A DNA stretch of 62,855 bases, the filler included, from Candidatus Woesearchaeota archaeon (GTDB taxonomy: Archaea > Nanobdellota > Nanobdellia > Woesearchaeales > WJIZ01): assembly GCA_018221205.1 (NCBI GenBank). It is 8 parts of 8 records of this genome, joined end to end, with 100 filler letters (N's around TTAATTAATTAA, not from the genome) between each part and the next. Parts side by side here need not be neighbours in the genome. Positions count along the whole stretch, not along the records: positions 41,080 to 62,855 come from JAAOYF010000072.1; 7 more parts are not named here. One strand, 5' to 3'. The first letter of the stretch is position 1. Every line of letters begins with the position of its first letter. This document shows positions 49,125 through 59,556 of the stretch, one piece after another. Both the position numbers and the translations under genes were made by a program. The notes beneath the pieces are model-generated. The model searched no databases and had not been told where the DNA came from. It saw nothing but the letters and a program-made list of their open reading frames with translations.

Positions 49125-50708
49125 ATGATCATGAAAAAAATTTTGTTGTTGCTCCTGTTCGTTCCCTTTGCTGAAGGGGTGATCATCAATGAAATCATGT
49201 ACAATCCTAGCGGCAATGAATTTGATTTTGAATATCTGGAATTGTACGGTCAGGGAAATCTTTCTGGATGGATGTTCGAGGGAATAGATCTTGTTTTCCC
49301 TGAGAACAGTTCGATAGACGGCCATATGGTGATTGCCAACACCCTATTTGATGAAGGCGGTGGTGATTTCTTCGATAGATATGGCTTCAATGCGAGTTTT
49401 GAATATAAAGGAAGCCTGCATAATGATGGTGAAACGATCATCTTGAGAGATGGGAAGAATAAGATTGTAGATATTGTTACCTATGATGATCTGGTCGAAG
49501 AGAATCATTCATTAGAAAGGATCGATATCGAGAAAGAAAGTTATGACCTATCAAACTGGGCAGAAAGTGTGAATGGGGGCACTCCGGGAAAAGAGAACAG
49601 TGTTTCTATGCAGAATGGATGTGACTGGGAACTTGCTTTGTTGATGAATTCCAGCATTGCTGCTGATTTCAAGCTACAGGCTAGAAGGATCAAGGGAAAG
49701 GGGAAGACGAATCTCTCTATTGCCCTCTGGATAGAGGATACATTTGGGAATATCATCAAGAAGTATATGGATATCAAAGCTGAAGCAGTGACGAAGAAGA
49801 CTTCTTCGAGCTATAGGCCTTCTTTAGGGAGCGGATTCGGCTATATCATCAATGCAAACCTTACTCTGGACTGTGAAGATAGTACTGATAATAATGCCCT
49901 CTCTGAGTTGATATTCATCCCTGAAGAAAGGGTAGAAGGTTCTTCTCTTGAGATCTTGGGCGTCAGTAAAGCAGAGTATGGAAAGGAGATAAAAGTCAGA
50001 TTAAAGGTGTACAAAGGCAATACGAGCAAATATGCTGTCCATATCTATGCAGAGAATGGGGAACGGATAAGCGAGACCAGCTCATTGCATTTCAGAGATA
50101 AGTATCAGAGTTATTCATTGACCGTCCCTCTGCTGCTGGAAAAATGCGGTGAAGAAGATGCTTCTGTTGTCGTCGAGGGCCTGGGAATGGAGACAAGGAA
50201 AGATATCTCGATAGAGAAAAAGGAATGTGAAAAGACTGCTTCGCAGAAGTTCTCCTTCGATATCTATGAGATGCCTATGAGGGTGAGGGTCGATGAACCT
50301 TTTGAGATCAAAGTGTATATGGATAATTATGAAGGTAAGATTGGGGTTGAGAGTTATGTATATAAGGGGAAGACGCGCTATTCCGAGGCAAAGAAGACTG
50401 TTTTCCTTAATGGAGGAAGGATAATCTTGTTAGAACATGTTGTTTCAGAGGGAAAAGAGGGAGACTATAGCGTAAAAGTGAGGGTGATGAGAGAAGGCTA
50501 TAAGACTGCATCGGAGAAGATACAAAAGATATTCCTGGAAGTTCCGGTTGTTGAGGAAAAGGTCAAGATTATCGAGAGAAAAATTGACGTTCCTTTAAGA
50601 GAATGCAACGAGGTCATCTATGAATCTGAGAACTCAAAGGAATTGGTGCCCCTGTTCCTTCTTGGATTGTTTGTTTTGGCTGCCTTCTTATCTGTCCTAA
50701 GAAAATAA
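49125..50708 (+). CDS. Lamin-tail-domain surface protein
   Basis: Signal peptide, IINEIMYNP, EYLELY, L.NDGE.I.L, GTPG.ENS, C-terminal TM. Confidence 0.85.
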   Translation: MIMKKILLLLLFVPFAEGVIINEIMYNPSGNEFDFEYLELYGQGNLSGWMFEGIDLVFPENSSIDGHMVIANTLFDEGGGDFFDRYGFNASFEYKGSLHNDGETIILRDGKNKIVDIVTYDDLVEENHSLERIDIEKESYDLSNWAESVNGGTPGKENSVSMQNGCDWELALLMNSSIAADFKLQARRIKGKGKTNLSIALWIEDTFGNIIKKYMDIKAEAVTKKTSSSYRPSLGSGFGYIINANLTLDCEDSTDNNALSELIFIPEERVEGSSLEILGVSKAEYGKEIKVRLKVYKGNTSKYAVHIYAENGERISETSSLHFRDKYQSYSLTVPLLLEKCGEEDASVVVEGLGMETRKDISIEKKECEKTASQKFSFDIYEMPMRVRVDEPFEIKVYMDNYEGKIGVESYVYKGKTRYSEAKKTVFLNGGRIILLEHVVSEGKEGDYSVKVRVMREGYKTASEKIQKIFLEVPVVEEKVKIIERKIDVPLRECNEVIYESENSKELVPLFLLGLFVLAAFLSVLRK

Positions 50709-50736
50709 TATAAACCAGCGAGGTTTCTTATCGGGT

Positions 50737-51306
50737 ATGGAAACGGAGAAAGCACATATCAGGGTCAGGGCGATATTGGACATTGTCGGCAAGCCAAAGG
50801 AGTTTGTTGAGAAGAAACTAAAGGAGTATATCGATCATATCAAGGAAGATGTCAACCTTATGGTGATGGATGAGAAGATCTCTCCTGCTATCGAACAGGA
50901 CAATTACTTCAGCGCCATAGCAGAGCTGGAAGTGGTCATCAAGGGTGTGCAGAATCTTGTTGGGTTTTGTATAGACTATATGCCTGCTTCCATCGATATC
51001 ATCAAGCCAGATACTATCACCTTTGCCCAGCGTGATTTCACGGGATTTGTGAACGATATGCTCGGGAAGCTGCATAATGTCGATATGGCCGCAAAACAGA
51101 GCGGGTCTGAGAATGAGCTGTTGAAGAAGAACATGACCAGCGTCATCAGGAATAATATACTGGTCCTTCTGAAATTCAAGATCAATACGATTGATGGGAT
51201 GTGCAAGGCAACAGGCATCCCTGAAGATGAACTGAAGAGGTTCCTGGAGCTGTTGAAGAAAGAAGGGCGGATCGTTGAAAAAGAAGAGGGATATGATTTA
51301 GCATGA
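50737..51306 (+). CDS. Hypothetical protein with C-terminal wHTH-like region
   Basis: 189 aa; overlaps the scpB start (ATGA). Confidence 0.7.
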   Translation: METEKAHIRVRAILDIVGKPKEFVEKKLKEYIDHIKEDVNLMVMDEKISPAIEQDNYFSAIAELEVVIKGVQNLVGFCIDYMPASIDIIKPDTITFAQRDFTGFVNDMLGKLHNVDMAAKQSGSENELLKKNMTSVIRNNILVLLKFKINTIDGMCKATGIPEDELKRFLELLKKEGRIVEKEEGYDLA

Positions 51307-52136
51307 CCTTGAAGAAGAAAGTCGAGGCGATTCTTTTCTCAGTCGGGAAATTCATCTCCATTGAGGAGATGGCCAAGCTCTGCAGGACAGAGGAACAGAA
51401 AATAAAGGAAGTATTATTGAGCTTGATGGCTGATTATGAGAACAATGAACATAGCTCCTTGGTTATTCTGCAAGACGGCAATAGCTGGAAGATGGCTACC
51501 AGGGAGGAATTCGGTCATGTTGTAAGGAAGGTTGTCTCTGAGACTGAACTGACGAAAAGCCAGATGGAAACATTGGCTGTTATCGCTTTCAAATATCCTA
51601 TCAAGCAGAGCGATCTGATCAAGATCCGGACGAACAAGGCCTATGAGCACCTTGCTGAGCTGGAAAAGGGTAGCTTCATCACCCGTCAGAGATATGGAAG
51701 ATCACGGCTTATCAAACTGACAGACAAATTCTTTGATTATTTTGACCTTCCCCATGAGAAACTGAAAGAGAGATTCAAGGGCTTTGAAGACCTGGCCAAG
51801 ACGATCGAAGAGAAAGAGGACAAGATAGATAAAACCCGTGAAGAGTTGAAGGAAGTTGCCAAAGAAGCAAAAGAGCATGAAGAGAAAGAGAGGAAAGTGA
51901 TGGAGGGGGAAATTGAATTGGTTGATGACAGGGGTGAGGAGCATCCTTTAGAGGTTGTTGAAGAAGAGCCAAAAATTGAGCCCATCAAAGAACAGCTCAG
52001 CAATCTGGAGATTGTGGATGTTGAGAAAAAAGAAAATGAGGAAAAATCAGAAGATGATGATTCTAGTCCAGTGTCCGAAGTGCAAGAATCGGATGAAGTA
52101 CCAAGGAAAGACGAAGATCCTGACCGGGAAACGTAA
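51303..52136 (+). CDS. scpB: SMC-Scp complex subunit ScpB
   Basis: VEAILF, METLAVIA..PI.QS, T.KF.DYF; acidic tail. Confidence 0.9.
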   Translation: MTLKKKVEAILFSVGKFISIEEMAKLCRTEEQKIKEVLLSLMADYENNEHSSLVILQDGNSWKMATREEFGHVVRKVVSETELTKSQMETLAVIAFKYPIKQSDLIKIRTNKAYEHLAELEKGSFITRQRYGRSRLIKLTDKFFDYFDLPHEKLKERFKGFEDLAKTIEEKEDKIDKTREELKEVAKEAKEHEEKERKVMEGEIELVDDRGEEHPLEVVEEEPKIEPIKEQLSNLEIVDVEKKENEEKSEDDDSSPVSEVQESDEVPRKDEDPDRET

Positions 52137-52200
52137 GAGCTGTGTTTATTGCGGCCGGTCGTTTAAAATCAGGGATCAATTAGTAAAAAAGCTTGGTTAA
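52054..52200 (+). CDS. Small Zn-ribbon protein
   Basis: MMILVQCPKC...CVYCG, two CxxC motifs; overlaps the scpB acidic tail. Confidence 0.6.
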   Translation: MMILVQCPKCKNRMKYQGKTKILTGKRKSCVYCGRSFKIRDQLVKKLG

Positions 52201-52303
52201 ATTCTTTTGAGTCAAAGCTTAATTCCTCGATATTTCATCGATAGCTTTATAAACAAAAAATCATTCTTTTTATTGAAAGAGAGGCTGATTTCTCGACGAG
52301 AAA

Positions 52304-54760
52304 ATGGACGAAAAGAAAGAAGAAAACAAGACAACGGAACAAGTAGTTCCGAGGGAGATTGAGCAGGAGATGCGGGAAAGCTATCTCAATTATGCCATGT
52401 CTGTCATCATTGGTCGGGCTCTTCCAGACGTACGGGATGGCCTCAAACCAGTGCATAGAAGAATCCTTTATGCCATGAACCAGATGGGTATGTTCCATAA
52501 CAAGCCCTATAAGAAATCTGCCCGAATCGTAGGAGAGGTTCTGGGAAAATATCATCCCCATGGTGATACTGCTGTCTATGATACCTTAGTCCGATTGGCA
52601 CAGCCCTTCTCTATGAGATATATGCTCATCCAAGGCCAAGGAAATTTTGGCAGTGTTGACGGAGATTCTCCTGCAGCCATGAGATATACTGAAGCACGGC
52701 TGAATAAGCTCTCTGAGGAGCTGCTTGCTGATATCGATAAGGATACTGTTGCGTTTGTCGATAATTTTGACGGCAGCCTGCAGGAGCCATCTGTTCTGCC
52801 TTCTAAGCTGCCTAATCTGCTGATCAATGGCAGCTCTGGCATTGCTGTAGGCATGGCCACTAACATACCTCCCCACAATATGGGAGAGGTCATCGATGGG
52901 ACCATGGCTTTGATTGATAATCCTGAAATCAATGTCGATGAGTTGATGACGTCCATCACAGGCCCTGATTTCCCTACTGGGGGCACGATATGCGGCAAGA
53001 ACGGCATCATCAATGCCTATTCTACAGGACGAGGAAAGATCATTGTCAGGGCAAAATATCGTGTTGAGGAGAAAGGGAAGAAAAAAGCCATCATCATCGA
53101 TGAAATTCCTTATATGGTGAATAAGGCAGAGATGATCCAGCAAATAGCAGATCTTGTCCGTGATAAGAAAGTCCAGGGCATCTCTGATCTGCGTGATGAA
53201 TCTGACCGAGATGGAATGAGGGGCGTGATTGAGCTGAGGGATGATGCCAATCCTGAAGTTGTCATCAATCAGCTGTTCAAGCATACTCGATTGCAGACCA
53301 CTTTCGGTATCACTCTTCTCGCTTTGGTGGACAATAAGCCTCGTGTCTTGACGATCAAGGAAGCGCTGCAGCATTATGTTGACCATAGAAAAGAGGTCGT
53401 CATCAAAAGAACCAACTTTGAACTGAAGAAAAGCGAGGAAAGGGCGCATATTCTTGAAGGGATAATCAAGGCCTTAGATAATGTCGATGCTGCTGTGAAG
53501 ATCATCCGTCGGGCAAAGACAGTCGCAGATGCCCGTGCATCATTAATCTCTGAGTTCACCATCACTGAAAAGCAAGCCAATGCTATCCTTGATCTACGAT
53601 TGCAGAAATTAGCCAGCCTAGAGCAGGAGAAAATCAAGAAAGAGCATAGTGATCTGCTTATATGGATCCAGAAACTTCGGGGAATCCTTTCCAGTGAGGA
53701 GAAGATCTTCAATATCATCAAGAATGAGCTTGCTGAATTGAAGAAAAATTACAATGATGAACGAAGGACTACTATCAGCGGTGAAGAGATGACTGAACTG
53801 GATATGGAAGACCTTGTTGAGAAGGAGGATGTTGTCATCACCATCACTTCGAAAGGATATATCAAGAGGCAGAGCATCGACAGCTATAGGCAACAGAAAC
53901 GAGGTGGGGTCGGCATCATCGCCACCAATGCCCGCGAAGAGGATTTCGTCAAGCAGATCTTCGTCGCCAATACCCATAGCTACCTGCTGTTTTTTACTGA
54001 TAAAGGCAAAGTGTATTGGTTGAAGGCCTATTATGTCCCCGAAGGTAGACGGCAGGGACAGGGCAAAGCCATTGTCAATCTGTTACAGCTTGCTAAAGAT
54101 GAGAAGATAACTGCCTCAATCCCTATCCATGAATTCACCAAGGGAAGCTATCTGATCATGGCCACTTCCAAGGGAACAGTGAAGAAGACAAGCTTAGAAG
54201 CATACTCAAATCCCCGTCGTGGAGGCATCATCGCCATCAATCTTCGGCAGGGAGATAAACTCGTCAACGTCATGCTGACAGACGGCAGCCAGCAGATCCT
54301 TTTGGCTACAGCCAAGGGAAAAGCGGTCAAATTCAAGGAAGAAGATGCCCGTGCTGTTGGAAGAAGTGCAGCTGGTGTCCGAGGGATCAGATTGAAAGGA
54401 GATGACAAGGTCATCGGCATGGTCGATGCTGATGATACCAAGACTTTGTTGACCCTGACTGAAAACGGATATGGGAAACGGACACGGATCTCTGATTATC
54501 GACTGATCAATCGTGGAGGAAGCGGTGTGATCAACATCATCCACAGTCCGCGGAATGGAGAGGTTGTTTCAGTGCTGCCTGTCGATGATTCAGATGAACT
54601 GATGACCATCACCAAAAAAGGCATAGCGATGAGGACCCAATGCAATGGCATTTCTATCATAGGCCGCAATACACAAGGCGTTAGGGTGATGAAATTAAGA
54701 GATAATGATAAATTAGTTTCCGCTACAAAGATTGTCCAGGAGAATGGGGAGGAAGTGTAG
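52304..54760 (+). CDS. gyrA: DNA gyrase subunit A
   Basis: [28 protein letters not shown], GyrA box QKRGGVG, beta-pinwheel repeats. Confidence 0.97.
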   Translation: MDEKKEENKTTEQVVPREIEQEMRESYLNYAMSVIIGRALPDVRDGLKPVHRRILYAMNQMGMFHNKPYKKSARIVGEVLGKYHPHGDTAVYDTLVRLAQPFSMRYMLIQGQGNFGSVDGDSPAAMRYTEARLNKLSEELLADIDKDTVAFVDNFDGSLQEPSVLPSKLPNLLINGSSGIAVGMATNIPPHNMGEVIDGTMALIDNPEINVDELMTSITGPDFPTGGTICGKNGIINAYSTGRGKIIVRAKYRVEEKGKKKAIIIDEIPYMVNKAEMIQQIADLVRDKKVQGISDLRDESDRDGMRGVIELRDDANPEVVINQLFKHTRLQTTFGITLLALVDNKPRVLTIKEALQHYVDHRKEVVIKRTNFELKKSEERAHILEGIIKALDNVDAAVKIIRRAKTVADARASLISEFTITEKQANAILDLRLQKLASLEQEKIKKEHSDLLIWIQKLRGILSSEEKIFNIIKNELAELKKNYNDERRTTISGEEMTELDMEDLVEKEDVVITITSKGYIKRQSIDSYRQQKRGGVGIIATNAREEDFVKQIFVANTHSYLLFFTDKGKVYWLKAYYVPEGRRQGQGKAIVNLLQLAKDEKITASIPIHEFTKGSYLIMATSKGTVKKTSLEAYSNPRRGGIIAINLRQGDKLVNVMLTDGSQQILLATAKGKAVKFKEEDARAVGRSAAGVRGIRLKGDDKVIGMVDADDTKTLLTLTENGYGKRTRISDYRLINRGGSGVINIIHSPRNGEVVSVLPVDDSDELMTITKKGIAMRTQCNGISIIGRNTQGVRVMKLRDNDKLVSATKIVQENGEEV

Positions 54761-55753
54761 TTGGAAGCTTTAGTTCTTTGCCATAAGGGCATTGAAGATA
54801 TTGTCTGTCAGGATGTAAAGGAACTCCTTGGGAAGAAGGCTGTTTCTGGAGAGGGCAGGGTTACGTTTTCTGTTGATTCAAAAGAAGAGTTATGTACATT
54901 ATGCTATCTCTGCCAGTCAATCCAGAAAGTCATCCTTATCGATGATTTAAAAAGATGGATGAAAGGAAGCTTCAAGGTTGGGGCTGGGCATGAGATTGGG
55001 AAGGAGATCGGCGCAGAGCTTGTTGAGAACTATAAGGCTAAAGTCGATCTTGAGAATCCTGATGTGATCGTATATGTATTCGATAGTAAGCGAGGCATTG
55101 ATTTCTCTGGAAAGGATCTGAGCAAAAGGAACTTCAGGATCTTTCCTTCTCCCCGTAATCTGAAAGCTCCTTTGGCTTATGCCATGGTCAGGTTGTCTGA
55201 ATTCAAGGATGGAGAGACACTTGTAGATCCTTTCTGTGGTGCAGGAAGCATCATCCTTGAAGCTACTCATTTTTCCAAAAAAAGGAGTGTCCACTTCTTT
55301 GAGAAGGATGATTTTGCATTCTTAAAGTTTATATCCTACAAATTTGAGGATAAGGAGGAGAAGATTGCCTCTAAGATCTATGCATTTGACAGCCAGTTCA
55401 AACATGTTGATTCTGCCAAGAAGAACGCGAAGATCGCTGGTGTGCATAAGGAGATCAATTTCTCACGGCTTAATATCGAATGGCTGGATACAAAATTCGG
55501 GAAGGAGAGTGTTGATAGGATTGTCAGCTATATACCTGATATGAGCAAGCATTCCCTCCCTAAAGTGATGCAGAAGATCTATAAGGAGTTCTTCCATCAG
55601 GCTGCATTTGTGTTGAAAAAGAAAGGGAAAATGGTGTTGTGTACGAGAAATCCTAAAGAGATAAAGGGTGCTGCCAAAGAATTTGGTTTTTCTCTTGAAC
55701 AGCGAGAAGTGTGGCAGGGTAAAGAGAAATTGTCTTTTCTTACTACCGTCTGA
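54761..55753 (+). CDS. THUMP-domain RNA methyltransferase (Trm14-like)
   Basis: KVDLENPD, IDFSG.DLSKR, DPFCGAGSI..E. Confidence 0.8.
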   Translation: MEALVLCHKGIEDIVCQDVKELLGKKAVSGEGRVTFSVDSKEELCTLCYLCQSIQKVILIDDLKRWMKGSFKVGAGHEIGKEIGAELVENYKAKVDLENPDVIVYVFDSKRGIDFSGKDLSKRNFRIFPSPRNLKAPLAYAMVRLSEFKDGETLVDPFCGAGSIILEATHFSKKRSVHFFEKDDFAFLKFISYKFEDKEEKIASKIYAFDSQFKHVDSAKKNAKIAGVHKEINFSRLNIEWLDTKFGKESVDRIVSYIPDMSKHSLPKVMQKIYKEFFHQAAFVLKKKGKMVLCTRNPKEIKGAAKEFGFSLEQREVWQGKEKLSFLTTV

Positions 55754-55789
55754 GGGCAAGATTTATAAGGTCTTCAGCATTCATCAAGC

Positions 55790-56120
55790 GTGCAGGATAG
55801 GTACTTAGCTCACGGTGAGTGCGTTGACTCCGGTCTTCGACTCTCATTGAGGAAAGTCCGCCCACCAACTTTGGCTGCCCTTTGGGATCCAGTAATGGAT
55901 GGCAACCACGCAGAAACGAGACCACCTTTGTTTAGGATGATGTGTGAGAGGGCCTGGGCAACTAGGCTTAGATAACCCACAGACGTTTTCAAAGGAATGG
56001 GTGAAACGGTGAGTCCCAGTCGGTGCAAGTCAGTATGACGCTTAGTTAAATGCTAGGGAGGCCATCGAAGCAATGCTTAGTAATGGGCCTTACAGAAGGC
56101 GGCTTATTCCTATCCTGCAC
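55790..56120 (+). ncRNA. rnpB: RNase P RNA (archaeal)
   Basis: P1 GTGCAGGATAGG/CCTATCCTGCAC; GAGGAAAGTCC; GCAGAAA; GGTGAAACGG; GGTGCAAG; ACAGAAGGCGGCTTA; upstream TTTATAA and downstream T-run. Confidence 0.93.
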
Positions 56121-56163
56121 TTTTTCCAAAAATTTTTAAACAAGCTGGAGATAACAAACAACA

Positions 56164-56337
56164 ATGGCACGAGACAAGATTTCAATGCCTTCTGGCATCG
56201 GTGGATTAGTTCGGTACTTCGACGAGTATAAGAGCAAGATTGAGTTCAAACCTGGCCATATCATCGTGCTGACGGTCATCGTTATTCTTATTATGGTATT
56301 TCTCTACACCTATGGTAATAGGTTACTAGGCATATGA
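56164..56337 (+). CDS. secG: Preprotein translocase subunit Sec61beta/SecG
   Basis: MPSGIGGLVRYFDE..SKIEFKP plus a single TM; not in the ORF track. Confidence 0.9.
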   Translation: MARDKISMPSGIGGLVRYFDEYKSKIEFKPGHIIVLTVIVILIMVFLYTYGNRLLGI

Positions 56338-56672
56338 TTCCTGGCATGAATCCCCGGATGATGAAGCAGGCCATGAAGAAGATGGGCATGCAGCAGGAAG
56401 ACATAGAGGCTTCTGAGGTCATCATCAAGTGTCCTGATAAAGAAATAATTATTCCTAATCCTTCTGTGGCTAAAGTGAAGATGATGGGCCAGGAGACGTG
56501 GCAGATAACAGGAGAGGCTCAAGAGAAGGCTTTAGATGTTGCTGCTGAGATCAATGATGAAGATATCAAGACTGTTTCTGAGCAGACTGGTGCTTCGGAA
56601 GAAGACGCTAAGGCTGCTATTGAAAAGCATGATGGTGACTTGGCTGCTGCTATCATGGAACTGAAGAATTAA
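56334..56672 (+). CDS. nac: Nascent polypeptide-associated complex protein
   Basis: MNPRMMKQAMKKMG, UBA-like GDLAAAIMEL. Confidence 0.93.
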   Translation: MIPGMNPRMMKQAMKKMGMQQEDIEASEVIIKCPDKEIIIPNPSVAKVKMMGQETWQITGEAQEKALDVAAEINDEDIKTVSEQTGASEEDAKAAIEKHDGDLAAAIMELKN

Positions 56673-57628
56673 GCTGCTTCGAGATGATCTGCGTAGAGAA
56701 GGAGAGTTCCGGCTCCCATTCCAGATAGGACTTTATGGTTTCTCGTAACCCATTCTCTTATGGCATCTGGATCATTATCAATGCTTCGTAATTTCTTATA
56801 ATTATGGGCTTCTCTTGGATAAAACTCTTTCATTTCTCGAATCGCTTGACTTTTATTTCCTTCTGCCATGACGGTGAGGAGTCTTCTCGTGAGAGCAATG
56901 TCTCTATGCTTGTTTCGAATATCCTCAAATGTCGTGTGTGCACGAAATAATGCCACGAACCTTGTTCCTTTCGTATTTGGTCCTAAAGATTCGATAATCC
57001 CAATCAAACCTTGTGGGGTCAATTCTTCTGCCCTAAATTCATCTCTAAATCTTGTTTCAAGTGCATCTGAGACCGGGTCTGTATTATAGGATTCCTGTAC
57101 TGGAACAACACTCGTAGAGAGGGTTTTGTATCTTCCTACTGGGATTCCGGTCACTCTTCGGTGACTTACAATGTCTGATCTCCTGCCCAGAATGACTTTA
57201 TCATCTTCTGTAACGAGCACTGCTGTTCCTTTTAGTGGATACACTGCATCTTTAGGAATAATGTTGAGGTAAGCTGCCATCGCGTCATAGCTTGTGATGG
57301 TGTTTCCTTGCACAATTTGTCCACCTGCTTTAACAATTGCAAGATTAGTCAGATTGATGACTTCCCACATTGAATAAGCAGCCCTATCTTCCCAATCGTC
57401 AAACCATCCAGGAAGGCCGTATTTGTCTGCTATTTGATTCCATTGAATCCTTGGTTCGTAGAAGGACATACTTCCATTTTGCGCATTTCCATTAGAGCTT
57501 GATGGATTGGATTCTGCAGTGGGTTGTGGTCTTCCTTTGAAACGGGCTTTCTCACCTGTAATCTCGAATGTTGGCTGTTCAGAAAAGAGTCTTACTACCT
57601 CACAATTATCGTATTTTTGCGCTCCCAT
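56669..57628 (-). CDS. Hypothetical protein with Nudix-like fold features
   Basis: AVLVTEDDKVILGRRS resembles a Nudix N-strand, but the Nudix box is degenerate. Confidence 0.55.
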   Translation of the reverse strand: MGAQKYDNCEVVRLFSEQPTFEITGEKARFKGRPQPTAESNPSSSNGNAQNGSMSFYEPRIQWNQIADKYGLPGWFDDWEDRAAYSMWEVINLTNLAIVKAGGQIVQGNTITSYDAMAAYLNIIPKDAVYPLKGTAVLVTEDDKVILGRRSDIVSHRRVTGIPVGRYKTLSTSVVPVQESYNTDPVSDALETRFRDEFRAEELTPQGLIGIIESLGPNTKGTRFVALFRAHTTFEDIRNKHRDIALTRRLLTVMAEGNKSQAIREMKEFYPREAHNYKKLRSIDNDPDAIREWVTRNHKVLSGMGAGTLLLYADHLEAA

Positions 57629-57786
57629 AACTATTTGGGATTCTTTTGCTGGTTATAAAATTTGCCCGGTACAGGCACTTTTTCCGGAAGATTTAAATAG
57701 TATTATACCTAATTGAGGTATTTAAGAGGTATAATTATACCTAATAAATACTTAATTATACCCTGGCAACACCTAGTGCCTAACCA

Positions 57787-57924
57787 ATGAAAGTAGAGAT
57801 CGATGATGTTGAAGAGGTAGTGGATGGTTATGTAGAGAGCTATGCCACTTCCACAAGAGTTTCTATTCCAAAGAAATATGCGAAGAAAAGGGTGAAGATC
57901 ATCATATTGAAAGAGGAGAAATGA
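57787..57924 (+). CDS. DUF2080-like small protein
   Basis: MKVEIDDVEEVVDGYVESYATSTRVSIPKKYAKKRVKIIILKEEK; ATGA overlap with the next gene; not in the ORF track. Confidence 0.65.
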   Translation: MKVEIDDVEEVVDGYVESYATSTRVSIPKKYAKKRVKIIILKEEK

Positions 57925-58397
57925 TGGAGAAGTATCAGGAACTGATGGAAACAGCAAAGAAAAGAATAGGGGTTGCGGACCATATCGTGACACAGACCTT
58001 TCCCTTGGTGAAAGATAGCAAGCTGCTTTTAGCTGGTCTGGAGCATGTCTTCCTTGCTTTGACCAATTCGATGGAAGCTGTGCTGCATTATGAGCGTACG
58101 TATAAGCGCATCCCCCCTTTTCAGGACAGTTTTGACTCAAGATTTACGATGTTCCAGACCAGGCTGATGAAGAACTATCCAGATGGCCAACGTTATGCCC
58201 ATCTCATCAAGGAAGTGAGGGATATCATCATCAAGCATAGGCAAAGTCCGATGGAGTTTCCCCGGAAGGACCGATTCGTGATCTGCAACGGCAACTATAA
58301 GATGAAAACTGTCTCGGTCGAGAATATGAAGGATTATATCAGCCAAACGAGGAGATTCATTGAGCATACGGAAGGTATGCTGAAGGTATTACTATGA
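57921..58397 (+). CDS. Hypothetical helical (HEPN-like) protein
   Basis: All-helical pattern, ADH motif; resembles the next ORF. Confidence 0.7.
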   Translation: MMEKYQELMETAKKRIGVADHIVTQTFPLVKDSKLLLAGLEHVFLALTNSMEAVLHYERTYKRIPPFQDSFDSRFTMFQTRLMKNYPDGQRYAHLIKEVRDIIIKHRQSPMEFPRKDRFVICNGNYKMKTVSVENMKDYISQTRRFIEHTEGMLKVLL

Positions 58398-58861
58398 TAG
58401 AAAGCTACAAACAAGCAATAGAGGAATTTAAGAGAGTTGACCACCTATATTTTGTTACGTTGAAATATACCCGGACAGTCGATGTCCTCAGGAGCACTGT
58501 TGAACGTCTGATATCTACCTATCAACATGCTGTTGATGCAGTGCTGAAATGCATGAAAGAGGAAAAGGCCATCCCGGAGCTGCCGGACAGCCCTGTAGCC
58601 AGGGCTGAGCTCCTTAAGGAAAAGGTGACAGAAGAGAATATCGTGAATTATCTTGATACCTACCTTATGCTGAGAAGATTGATGAGGTTCGGCTATACAA
58701 AAAGAGAGGAATATCGAAGGCATGTCACGATGGTCGTTGATTTTGAAGGAGAGCCGCTGAATGTCGATATCGATCTGCTGAAAGAATATTATGACCAAGC
58801 AAGAGATATGCTTCGCTATGTCAAGAGCAAAGTGGAAAGCTATGTGGATGAACCAACATGA
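58394..58861 (+). CDS. Hypothetical helical (HEPN-like) protein
   Basis: RVDH..FVTLKYTRT, EYRRHVTM. Confidence 0.7.
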   Translation: MIESYKQAIEEFKRVDHLYFVTLKYTRTVDVLRSTVERLISTYQHAVDAVLKCMKEEKAIPELPDSPVARAELLKEKVTEENIVNYLDTYLMLRRLMRFGYTKREEYRRHVTMVVDFEGEPLNVDIDLLKEYYDQARDMLRYVKSKVESYVDEPT

Positions 58862-59556
58862 CGAGAGTTATACATATTGCAGGAACGAGCGGAAGCGGTA
58901 AGTCGCTGATAACCTTGAATCTGGCCATTGCGCTGCAGCAGCGCGGCAGAGATGTCTTGGTATTGGACTCAAATATCTACCAGCCTGACCTGTTCAATTA
59001 TGCCAACGGAACAAGCGACGTCTATCTGAATGATTATCTCCGGGGAGAACGGCGTATAGAGGATGCTATCGTACATCATCCGTCTGGTATAAAGATCATC
59101 CCTAGTCTTATGGAAGAAGAATATGATCCTCATCATTCTGTAAAAATCAATCAGGCTCTTTTATCTTTAATGGGGAAGGCTGAGATCATCCTGGTGGATT
59201 CGTTCTCCCATAATCCTGCCTTTTCCTCGATTTTTGACCATTCGGACGAGATCATATTTGTGATGAATGATGATGCCCATAATGTGGTGAAGAGCAAAGA
59301 ACTCATCAGGAAAGTTGAAGAGAGAGGAATGGGTGTTATAGGTACCATATTGAACAAGAAGAGAAAGCAGACAAACAGTAGACATGTCCAGACCATCTTA
59401 GATAAACCTGTCCTGGCAGAGATCCCTCATGACGATCAAGTTATTGAATCTATCAACATGAGAGTGCCTGCATTCATCCATTATCCCAAATCAGCACTTT
59501 CTCGAGCGATGAAAGGGTTGGCAGAGACGTTGGACCATGGCAAAACCACTAGATAA
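58858..59556 (+). CDS. MinD/ParA-family ATPase (degenerate)
   Basis: GTSGSGKS, NLAIAL, VLVLD, ILVD, ILNK, EIPHD. Confidence 0.8.
   Translation: MTRVIHIAGTSGSGKSLITLNLAIALQQRGRDVLVLDSNIYQPDLFNYANGTSDVYLNDYLRGERRIEDAIVHHPSGIKIIPSLMEEEYDPHHSVKINQALLSLMGKAEIILVDSFSHNPAFSSIFDHSDEIIFVMNDDAHNVVKSKELIRKVEERGMGVIGTILNKKRKQTNSRHVQTILDKPVLAEIPHDDQVIESINMRVPAFIHYPKSALSRAMKGLAETLDHGKTTR

Noticed and set aside
52586..53449. 287-aa antisense ORF within gyrA, and similar shadow ORFs elsewhere
   Set aside because: Typical antisense shadows caused by codon bias in the real genes
52304..54760. Inteins in gyrA (also considered for rfcL and tfb)
   Set aside because: Lengths and motif spacing are normal, and no intein splice motifs were seen
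55743..56028. Three short ORFs after the THUMP methyltransferase
   Set aside because: The region is the RNase P RNA gene
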